A stretch of DNA of 64,000 nt, taken from Ignavibacteria bacterium. GTDB taxonomy: Bacteria > Bacteroidota > Ignavibacteria > Kapaibacteriales > UBA2268. The stretch covers positions 13,710 through 77,709 of the forward strand of contig JAAYTD010000002.1 of NCBI GenBank assembly GCA_012518115.1. The letters run 5' to 3'. A model generated the notes under the pieces. The model did no database searches. It was given only the letters and a program-made list of their open reading frames with translations, and was not told the DNA's origin. Within the stretch, counting starts at the first letter, position 1. Every line of letters begins with the position of its first letter. The translations under genes were made by a program, and so were the position numbers. Positions 35,924-44,349 of this stretch are shown here, piece after piece.

Positions 35924-38900
35924 ATGAATATGAAAAATTTAATCAATCGTATGTTAATGCCTTTGGCATTATTTATTTTACTTTCTTATGCTGCATTTGC
36001 CAAACCTATCAGTTTAGAAGAAGCAAAAGAAATAGCTATGCAGCATAATTTGCAGATAAACAAATACTCAATTGAACTGCAAGATCCTTCAGCATATAAA
36101 TTGATAGCTTCTTCGCATGATGTTTTTAGTAAAGCTACTAAAAATCCTACATTCTATATTTACAATTTCCCACAAAAAGGCTGGGTTATTGTTGCGGGCG
36201 ATGATATTGCACGTCCTATTTTAGCATACTCAAAAGAAGGTAGCTATAGCTTAGAAAATCTTAACGATAACGCTAAATACTGGTTAGAAATATATGATAG
36301 TGCTATTTCAGAAGCTATAAAACAAGGAGTTTCGCAGTCAGAAAAGATAGCTAACGAATGGCTAATGGCAAGAAATCCTAAAAAAAGAATTTCTTTATTA
36401 GATGAAGTTGTACCGGCATTAATAAAAACAAAATGGGGACAATACTCACCTTATAATAATTTATGTCCTTATGACGAAAAAGCGAACAACCGAACAGTTA
36501 CAGGTTGTGTAGCAACAACAATGGCACAAATAATGAAGTACTGGAGTTTTCCTGTAAGTGGAAGAGGAGAAAAAACATATACTGATAATAAATACGGCGA
36601 ACTATATGCTGATTTTGCAAATACAACCTATGATTGGGATAATATGACAAACGAATACAATCAAAATTCAACAGATGAACAAAAAACAGCAGTAGCTACT
36701 CTTATGTATCATTGTGGAATTGCTTTATCAATGCGTTATGGAGTAGCAGGTAGTAGTTCTATTAACGGACACATCGCAAGTTCTTTAAAAAGTTATTTTA
36801 TGTATGATACTGATACAATAATTACCCGTTCTAATTATGATGACAATACTTGGGCAGATATATTAAAGGAAAACTTAGATAATAGTCAGCCTATAGCATA
36901 TGGAGGAAGAAACAGAAATTTTGGTTCCCATTCTTTTATTTGTGACGGTTATGATACTGATGGTAGATTCCATTTCAATTTAGGCTGGAATGGTAATTCT
37001 AATGGATATTATTATATAGATAGTATTAGCACATTAAAATTTAATTTATCGCAAGAGGCTGTTATTAATATAAAACCTATTAAAGAATTAAACTCACAAG
37101 TATCTTTGCTCAACCCATTAGAACTTAAACAAGAAATTGTTTATCAAAATAGTACTGTAAAAATAGATGCAAACATAGTAAATAACAAAGTAGAAAGTTT
37201 TTCGGGCAGCATATCATTACGCTTATTTGATGCTGAAGATAATTTTTTAATGAATATCGCCGAGCAAAAAATAGATAATTTAGAAGTTAATAATCCAACA
37301 GAAGTAACATTTGAAACTAATCCTTTATTTAATACATCTGTCGGTAACTACTATGTTAAATTATATTATAAGCATGATATATCACATAATTGGTTACTTT
37401 CTTCGGGCAATAATAAATTAGAGATTAATGTTCAAAAAGCTTTAAGTTCAGAAAGTCAACTTTCTTTATACTCATCACCTATTCTTGAAGCATATAAAAT
37501 TGATAAAGAAAAAGTAAGTAATATTAAAGCTACTGCAAGTTTTATAAATACCAGTGAAGAAGATTTTACAGGTGTTATTTCAGCCTCAATTTATGATGAA
37601 AAAGGTACTATAATTAAAGAGCTAGCTAGTTATAATGTAACGGAAGCTATTGCTCCCAGTGATCATATTGAAAATATAGAATTTTCCAACACTATTTTAG
37701 ATTTAGATTGTGGTATTTATTTTATTGGATTTAGGAGTAAATATGAAGGCGGAGAATTTGCTCTTATTAACACAAATAATTTTATTTCATTTGTTAAATT
37801 TGAAATAGTTCCACCTGAATTAATAACAGATTTACAATTAAAAAAATGGATAAAATTTAATATACACAAATTACCTGAAGTTGTTGTAAATGAAGATGGT
37901 GGAATATATAATACTACAGAAAATTTAGAAGCGTTAGCAAAAATAGAGAATTTAAACTGCACTAATTCCGAGCTTATTAGCATAGATGAATTAATTAGAC
38001 ATATGCTGAATTTGAAGATATTAGAATGTAACAATAATTCTTTGATTGAATTAGATTTAAGCAAAAATATAGAACTAACTACATTACAATGTAATAATAA
38101 TCAAATAAATAACTTAGATTTAAGTAAAAATATAGAACTAATTACATTACAATGTAATAATAATCAAATAAATAACTTAAATGTAAGCAAAAATATAGAA
38201 CTAATACAATTAATTTGTTTTAAAAATCAATTAACTAACTTAGATTTAAGTAAAAATATAAATTTAACATCTTTATCTTGTTATGAAAACCAATTAACTA
38301 ACTTAGATCTAAGCAAGAACATAGAACTGACGTACTTAACTTGCTTTGATAATCAATTGATTAACTTAGATTTAAGTAAAAATACAGAGTTAGAAAGATT
38401 GTATTGTACAAATAATTCACTAGTTAACTTAGATTTAAGTAAAAATATAGAGTTATATAGTTTGTATTGTGATGAAAATCAACTAACTAACTTAGATCTG
38501 ACTAAAAATATAAGGTTGAGTGAATTGGTTTGTAAGGACAACATTCTTAATAGCTTAAATATTAGCCCACTACTAGATTTAGTGGTACTAAACTGTTGTA
38601 ATCAAGCAGAAGGTTTTATTCTATATCTAACTAATAAACAAAAAAACATATTTAATGAATACCATTATTGCGATGCTATTCTTAAAGAAAAAGACGGTAG
38701 TATTTGTGAAATAGAATGGTTAGATATTTATCCTAATCCTACTGCGGGTAAGTTTTTTATTGATAGTAAATTCTTTGCTGGTGAAATAAAAATATTAAAT
38801 TTAGCAGGTAAAATTTTATATAGAGAAACACTTAGCGCTGAAAAAACAGAAATTGATATTTCAAATCTGCCTGCAGGAGTATATTTTGTAATAACAAAAG

Positions 38901-38929
38901 GAAAGATAGGAAAAGTTGTAAAAAATTAG
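35924..38929 (+). CDS. Peptidase C10 (streptopain-family cysteine protease) with leucine-rich repeats and T9SS C-terminal sorting domain
   Basis: A signal peptide and a Spi-like N-terminal prodomain are present. WGQYSPYNNLCP...TGCVATTMAQIMKYW carries the catalytic Cys and GSHSFICDGYD the catalytic His. About 10 LRR units of 21 aa follow (LDLSKNIELTxLxCxxNQLTN). The C-terminus IYPNPTAGKFFID...LPAGVYFVITKG is T9SS CTD-like. Confidence 0.8.
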   Translation: MNMKNLINRMLMPLALFILLSYAAFAKPISLEEAKEIAMQHNLQINKYSIELQDPSAYKLIASSHDVFSKATKNPTFYIYNFPQKGWVIVAGDDIARPILAYSKEGSYSLENLNDNAKYWLEIYDSAISEAIKQGVSQSEKIANEWLMARNPKKRISLLDEVVPALIKTKWGQYSPYNNLCPYDEKANNRTVTGCVATTMAQIMKYWSFPVSGRGEKTYTDNKYGELYADFANTTYDWDNMTNEYNQNSTDEQKTAVATLMYHCGIALSMRYGVAGSSSINGHIASSLKSYFMYDTDTIITRSNYDDNTWADILKENLDNSQPIAYGGRNRNFGSHSFICDGYDTDGRFHFNLGWNGNSNGYYYIDSISTLKFNLSQEAVINIKPIKELNSQVSLLNPLELKQEIVYQNSTVKIDANIVNNKVESFSGSISLRLFDAEDNFLMNIAEQKIDNLEVNNPTEVTFETNPLFNTSVGNYYVKLYYKHDISHNWLLSSGNNKLEINVQKALSSESQLSLYSSPILEAYKIDKEKVSNIKATASFINTSEEDFTGVISASIYDEKGTIIKELASYNVTEAIAPSDHIENIEFSNTILDLDCGIYFIGFRSKYEGGEFALINTNNFISFVKFEIVPPELITDLQLKKWIKFNIHKLPEVVVNEDGGIYNTTENLEALAKIENLNCTNSELISIDELIRHMLNLKILECNNNSLIELDLSKNIELTTLQCNNNQINNLDLSKNIELITLQCNNNQINNLNVSKNIELIQLICFKNQLTNLDLSKNINLTSLSCYENQLTNLDLSKNIELTYLTCFDNQLINLDLSKNTELERLYCTNNSLVNLDLSKNIELYSLYCDENQLTNLDLTKNIRLSELVCKDNILNSLNISPLLDLVVLNCCNQAEGFILYLTNKQKNIFNEYHYCDAILKEKDGSICEIEWLDIYPNPTAGKFFIDSKFFAGEIKILNLAGKILYRETLSAEKTEIDISNLPAGVYFVITKGKIGKVVKN
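37950..38610. repeat. 63-bp (21-aa) LRR tandem array, about 10 units
   Basis: Counted from the translation. The boundaries are approximate. Confidence 0.7.
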
Positions 38930-38969
38930 TAGAAAATAATTTCATAAATATACCTTTGGAGAAATAAAA

Positions 38970-41900
38970 ATGATTAAGCTTTTTAGTAATCGTGTACTAA
39001 TGCCTTTGGCATTATTTATTTTACTTTCTTATGCTGCATTTGCCAAACCTATCAGTTTAGAAGAAGCAAAAGAGATAGCTATGCAGCATAATTTGCAGAT
39101 GAACAAATACTCTATTGAACTGCAAGATCCTTCAGCATATAAATTAATAGCTTCTTCACATGATATTTTCAGCAAAGCTACTCAAAATCCTACTTTTTAT
39201 ATTTATAATTTCCCACAAAAAGGCTGGGTTATTGTTGCGGGCGATGATATAGCACGCCCTATTTTAGCATACTCAAAAGAAGATAGCTATGGCTTAGAAA
39301 ATCTTCCTGATGCTGCTAAGTATTGGTTAGAAATATATGATAGTGCCATTTCAGAAGCTATAAAACAAGGAGTTTCGCAGTCAGAAAAGATAGCTAATGA
39401 ATGGCTGTTGGCAAGAAATCCTAAAAAAAGAAATTCTTTATTAGCTGAAGTTGTGCCGCCACTAATAAAAACAAAATGGGGACAAAAAGCACCTTATAAT
39501 AATTTATGTCCTTTTGATGAAGAGGTGATAGGACGAACACTTACAGGTTGTGTAGCAACAACAATGGCACAAATAATGAAGTATTGGAATTTTCCTAAAA
39601 ACGGAAAAGGGGAAAAAACTTATACTCATCCTAAATACGGTAAACTATCTGCTGATTTTGAAAACACAACTTATGATTGGGATAACATGACAAATGAATA
39701 CATTTACAATTCAACCAAAGAACAAAGAAAAGCAGTAGCTACTCTTATGTATCATTGTGGAGTTGCTTCAGAAATGTATTATGGAGTAGAAGCCAGTGGT
39801 ACTCATGAATTTTACATAGTAAGTTCTTTGAAAACTTATTTTATGTATGATCCCGCTATTAGAAGAATGAAACGTTCTAATTACAACGACAATACTTGGA
39901 CAGATATGTTAAAGGAAAACTTAGATAATGATCAACCTATGGCATATTCAGGAGGAGATGCTTCTTCTGGTCATTCTTTTATTTGTGATGGTTATGATAC
40001 TGACGGCAGATTTCATTTTAATTTTGGTTGGGATGGTATGGGTAATGGATATTATTATATTAATAATGTTACTCTCAATTCTGATGATTATAGTTTAATG
40101 CAATATGCTATTATCAACATAAAACCTCTTGAGAATTTTAATGCACAAATATCTTTACTCAAACCATTAGAACTTAAACAAGAAGTTGTTTATCAAAACA
40201 GTAGTGTAAAAATAAATGCAAATATAGTAAACAATGAATCAGAAAGTTTTTCGGGTAGAATATCATTACGTTTGTTTGATGCAAAAAATAATTTTTTAAT
40301 GACTATTGCTGAACAAAAAATAGATAATTTAGAGATTAATAAACCAACAGAAATACCATTTGAAACTAATCCTTTATTTAACACATCTGTCGGTAAATAC
40401 TATATTAAATTATATTATAAAAATGATATATCATACAAATGGTTGCTTGCTTCGGGTGATAATAAATTAGAGATTGACATTCAAAAAGCTTTAAGTTCAG
40501 AAAATAAACTTTCTTTATACTCATCACCTATTCTTTCGGCATATAAAATTGATAAAGAAAAAGAAAGTAATCTTAAAACTACTGCAAGTTTTATAAATAC
40601 CAGTGAAGAAGATTTTAAGGGTATTATTTCAGCCTCAATTTATGATGAAAAAGGAACTATAATTAAAGAACTAGCTAGTTATAATGTTACGGAAGCACTT
40701 GCTCCTAATACTTATATTAAAGATATAGAGTTTTCTAATGCGATTTCAGATTTAGATTATGGCACTTATTTTATTGGATTTAGAAGTAAAGATGAGGGAG
40801 GAGAATTTGCTCTTGTTAATACAAATAATTTTATTTCATTTGTTAAATTTGAAATAGTTCCACCTGATTTAATCACCGATTCACAATTAAAAAAATGGAT
40901 CAAATCTAATAAAGGTCAATTATCTGAAGTTATTATAAATAACGATGGTGGAATAGATAGTACTACAACAAACTTAGAAGCATTAGCAAAAATAGAAGAG
41001 CTAGGATGCTCTTCTTTCGAGCTTATTAGTATAAATGAATTAATTAGACATATGCCGAATTTGAATACGTTAATATGTAATAATAATTCTTTAATTGAAT
41101 TGGATTTAAGTAAAAATATAGAACTAACGTACTTAGATTGTTCTGAAAATCAATTGATGAATTTAGATGTAAGCAAAAATATAAAATTAATTGAATTGGA
41201 TTGTTATGATAATCGACTAAATGAATTAGATTTAAGTAAAAATATAGAATTAACGCACTTAGATTGTTCTGAAAATCAATTGAGTAATTTAGATGTAAGC
41301 AAAAATATAAAATTAATTGAATTGGATTGTTATGATAATCAACTAAATGAATTAACTATAAGTAATAACATAGAATTAGAATTTTTGGATTGTCATGCTA
41401 ATCAATTGACTAATTTAGATATGAGCAAAAACATAATATTAGAAAAATTGTATTGTTGGAGTAATCAATTAATTGACTTAGATGTAAGCAAAAATATAGA
41501 ACTAATGTTGTTAGATTGTTCTGAAAATCAATTGACTAATTTGGACATAAGCAAGAACATAATATTAGATTCCTTATATTGTTCTAAAAATAAAATAAAT
41601 AATTTAGACCTTACAAACAATATAAATTTAATAAATCTAGATTGTTCTGAAAATCAATTGACTAATTTAGATATAAGCAAAAACATAATATTAGAAAAAT
41701 TGTATTGTTGGAGTAATCAACTAAATAACTTGAATGTTACTAAAAATATAAATTTAACATTTCTACTTTGTTTTGAAAATCAATTAAGTAACTTAGATCT
41801 TATAAATAACATAAACTTAACATTTCTACTTTGTTCTGGAAACCAATTAAACAACTTAGATCTAAGTAAAAATATCAATATAGAAATATTAGAATGTTCT

Positions 41901-42419
41901 AAAAATCAAATAAATAATTTAGACCTTACAAATAATATAAATTTAATGTCCTTAGGTTGTTCTGGAAACCAATTAAGTAACTTAGACCTTAAAAATAATA
42001 TGAATTTAATTGGAATAGTTTGTTCTGATAATCAACTAAGTAGCTTGGATGTTAGTCCGTTAACAAATTTATGGGTACTAAACTGTTGTAATCAAGCCGA
42101 AGGGTTTATTCTGTACTTGACTGATGCACAAAAAGGCACATTTACTGAGGAAAACTATTGCAATGCTATACTTAAAGAAAAAGACGGTAGTATTTGCGAA
42201 ATAGAATGGTTAGATATTTATCCTAACCCTACTGCAGATAAATTTTCTATCGAAAGTAAATTCTTTGCTGATGAAATAAAAATATTAAATTTAGCAGGTG
42301 AAGTTTTATATAAAGCAACACTTAATTCTGAAAAAACAGAAATTGATATTTCAAATCTGCCGGCGGGAGTATATCTAGTAATAACAAAAGGAAGAATAGG
42401 AAAAGTTGTTAAAAATTAA
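38970..42419 (+). CDS. Peptidase C10-LRR-T9SS protein, tandem paralog of the upstream gene with an expanded LRR array
   Basis: The N-terminal ~390 aa and C-terminal ~100 aa are mostly identical to the 35924-38929 product. The same TGCVATTMAQIMKYW and GHSFICDGYD motifs are present. There are about 17 LRR units. GGAG lies 8 nt upstream of the ATG. Confidence 0.8.
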   Translation: MIKLFSNRVLMPLALFILLSYAAFAKPISLEEAKEIAMQHNLQMNKYSIELQDPSAYKLIASSHDIFSKATQNPTFYIYNFPQKGWVIVAGDDIARPILAYSKEDSYGLENLPDAAKYWLEIYDSAISEAIKQGVSQSEKIANEWLLARNPKKRNSLLAEVVPPLIKTKWGQKAPYNNLCPFDEEVIGRTLTGCVATTMAQIMKYWNFPKNGKGEKTYTHPKYGKLSADFENTTYDWDNMTNEYIYNSTKEQRKAVATLMYHCGVASEMYYGVEASGTHEFYIVSSLKTYFMYDPAIRRMKRSNYNDNTWTDMLKENLDNDQPMAYSGGDASSGHSFICDGYDTDGRFHFNFGWDGMGNGYYYINNVTLNSDDYSLMQYAIINIKPLENFNAQISLLKPLELKQEVVYQNSSVKINANIVNNESESFSGRISLRLFDAKNNFLMTIAEQKIDNLEINKPTEIPFETNPLFNTSVGKYYIKLYYKNDISYKWLLASGDNKLEIDIQKALSSENKLSLYSSPILSAYKIDKEKESNLKTTASFINTSEEDFKGIISASIYDEKGTIIKELASYNVTEALAPNTYIKDIEFSNAISDLDYGTYFIGFRSKDEGGEFALVNTNNFISFVKFEIVPPDLITDSQLKKWIKSNKGQLSEVIINNDGGIDSTTTNLEALAKIEELGCSSFELISINELIRHMPNLNTLICNNNSLIELDLSKNIELTYLDCSENQLMNLDVSKNIKLIELDCYDNRLNELDLSKNIELTHLDCSENQLSNLDVSKNIKLIELDCYDNQLNELTISNNIELEFLDCHANQLTNLDMSKNIILEKLYCWSNQLIDLDVSKNIELMLLDCSENQLTNLDISKNIILDSLYCSKNKINNLDLTNNINLINLDCSENQLTNLDISKNIILEKLYCWSNQLNNLNVTKNINLTFLLCFENQLSNLDLINNINLTFLLCSGNQLNNLDLSKNINIEILECSKNQINNLDLTNNINLMSLGCSGNQLSNLDLKNNMNLIGIVCSDNQLSSLDVSPLTNLWVLNCCNQAEGFILYLTDAQKGTFTEENYCNAILKEKDGSICEIEWLDIYPNPTADKFSIESKFFADEIKILNLAGEVLYKATLNSEKTEIDISNLPAGVYLVITKGRIGKVVKN
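41000..42100. repeat. 63-bp LRR tandem array, about 17 units, with near-identical internal 126-bp duplications
   Basis: Segments 41100-41225 and 41226-41351 encode LDLSKNIELT(Y/H)LDCSENQL(M/S)NLDVSKNIKLIELDCYDN(R/Q)LNE, with only a few nucleotide differences between them. Confidence 0.75.
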
Positions 42420-42455
42420 CAATGAAATAATTTTTACTTAATTTTCACTTTCTAT

Positions 42456-42495
42456 AAACTGCTTATTGATTTCTTCAGTAAGCAGTTTTTTTTAT
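42456..42495 (+). terminator. Intrinsic terminator after the second C10-LRR gene
   Basis: aaactgctta-(13 nt)-taagcagttt is followed by ttttttt. Confidence 0.65.
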
Positions 42496-42496
42496 T

Positions 42497-42890
42497 GACT
42501 GCTCCGTCAAGCTAGCGCCTGCCACCCTTCGTACCAAAGAGGAATTTGCTAACTTCGCAGAACGGAAATTCTCCTCTTTGAGAGGAGTACCCGCGAAGCG
42601 GGCGAGGTGTGGTTATGAATTATTTATCCTCAAAAATCCCGTAGGGATTAAATATCGGTAAAAACTTATACTTGCTTATGTTTCGTCCCGTACGGGACGA
42701 GATGAGTAAGATTACATTTCTTTTACCAAAATTTTGTGCCTACGGCACAATCCTGTTAATCCCGGTTCAGACAATTATTGACTACCTCGTCAAGCTAGTG
42801 CTTGCCACCCCTTCGTCCCGAAGTGGAATTTTAAATCACAGTTCAGACAAAAAAAGGGCGTATGCAATACGCCCCAACAATTCAAGGAAA
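42497..42890. repeat. Composite hairpin-module repeat (locus D), the reverse complement of locus B plus one extra U2 module
   Basis: The order is U2, U1 (aattctcctctttgagaggagtacccgcgaagcgggcgaggtgtgg), aatcccgtagggatt, tcgtcccgtacgggacga, tgtgcctacggcaca, gttcagacaa, a second U2 (gactacctcgtcaagctagtgcttgccaccccttcgtcccgaagtggaatttt), gttcagacaa, then gggcgtatgcaatacgcccc. Confidence 0.85.
42849..42875 (-). terminator. serC terminator supplied by the repeat element
   Basis: On the minus strand it reads ggggcgtattgcatacgccc followed by ttttttt, about 60 nt downstream of the serC stop. Confidence 0.6.
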
Positions 42891-42937
42891 TAGAATTTTA
42901 AAAATACAATAAAAAACTAACTAAAAGTTAAATTTAA

Positions 42938-44032
42938 CTATTTATTTTCATTCATAAATTCGTTCATAAATTTAACTAATGCTTCAACCCATTCAATAGG
43001 ACAAGAGTTGTAAATAGAAGCACGCAATCCACCTACATCACGGTGTCCTTTAAGGTTAGCCATATTATATTTTGCTCTTGCTTCTTTAACAAATTTCTCT
43101 TCTAACTCTGTATCGCCAGTTCTTATTCTAAAAGTAACGTTCATCAAAGATCTATCTTCTTTTGCTGTTACAGCAGGAACATAGAAACCATTACTTGCAT
43201 CCATAGCATCATAAAGAACATTTGCTTTCTTGATGTTTTTCTGCTCAAGACCTTCCAAACCTTGTTTCATAATCCATTTGAAAGTTTGACCAACAACATA
43301 TATTGGCAAGCAAGGCGGTGTGTTGAACATAGATCCAGCTTTAACATGTACTTTATAATCCAACATTGAAGGGAATTTATCAAGTTTCCTTTGAGCGTTT
43401 TCAAGGAGAGATTTTTTCATAACAATTAAAGTTACACCAGCAGGACCGATATTTTTTTGAGCTCCTGCATAAATTACAGAATATTTGCTATAATCACGAC
43501 GAGTAGCAAATAAATCTGATGACATATCAGCTAAAAGTGGAACTTTTACATTTTCAGGGTCTTTTGCCCAAGCAGTACCATAAATTGTGTTGTTTGTAGT
43601 AATGTGCAAATAGTCTGCATCACTATCAACAGTAAAGTTCTTAGGAATATAATTGTAATTTTTATCTTTTGAAGAAGCAATAACATTTACTTCACCAACT
43701 TTTTCAGCTTCTCTAATAGCTTTTGTTGACCAAACTCCTGTATCAATATAATTAGCTTTTTTGTTTAAAAAGTTAAAAGGTAACATATAAAATTGCATAC
43801 TAGCGCCACCGCCAAGAAACAATACTACATATTCTTCAGGTGATAATCCCATAAGTTTCAAACAATCAGCCTGCGCTTCTTTAATAACTGCATCATATTC
43901 TTTAGAACGATGACTCATTTCCATTATGGACATTCCAAGTCCGTTAAAATCATAAACAGCTTCACGAGTTGCTTCCAAAACTTCTACTGGCAACACAGCT
44001 GGTCCTGCACTAAAATTAAATGCTCTTGACAT
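42938..44032 (-). CDS. serC: Phosphoserine aminotransferase
   Basis: The N-terminus is FNFSAGPAVLP and the PLP lysine region is IYAGAQKNIGPAGVT. GGLRASIYN lies near the C-terminus. The protein is 364 aa. Confidence 0.95.
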   Translation of the reverse strand: MSRAFNFSAGPAVLPVEVLEATREAVYDFNGLGMSIMEMSHRSKEYDAVIKEAQADCLKLMGLSPEEYVVLFLGGGASMQFYMLPFNFLNKKANYIDTGVWSTKAIREAEKVGEVNVIASSKDKNYNYIPKNFTVDSDADYLHITTNNTIYGTAWAKDPENVKVPLLADMSSDLFATRRDYSKYSVIYAGAQKNIGPAGVTLIVMKKSLLENAQRKLDKFPSMLDYKVHVKAGSMFNTPPCLPIYVVGQTFKWIMKQGLEGLEQKNIKKANVLYDAMDASNGFYVPAVTAKEDRSLMNVTFRIRTGDTELEEKFVKEARAKYNMANLKGHRDVGGLRASIYNSCPIEWVEALVKFMNEFMNENK

Positions 44033-44349
44033 AAAAATAAACTCCTGTCTTTATATTAATTAAATTGTGTAAATAAAAAAACTAATTCTATTTTTGTTTA
44101 CCTAACTTATTTGTAAATAAATATTAAAATTTAAAATTAACATTAAATTTTGTAAATAACAAACAATAATTACTAACAATAATTTTTTACTGTCTTTTCA
44201 TACACTCAAATATGCTTTTTATATAAAATATTGATTATAATAATAAAATAGAAAATATCGATTTATTTATATTCTCTTGTTAATAAATTAATAAAAAAAT
44301 ATTATATTAGATAACAATATATTGTAAAAAAAGTAAAGTAAAAAATATT

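Noticed and set aside
37950-42100. Regularly spaced 63-bp repeats that could look like a CRISPR array, and also the 20-bp direct repeat at 8014 and 8066.
   Set aside because: The 63-bp units are in-frame LRR codons inside long ORFs, with no unique spacers. The 20-bp repeat occurs only twice, and no cas genes are present.
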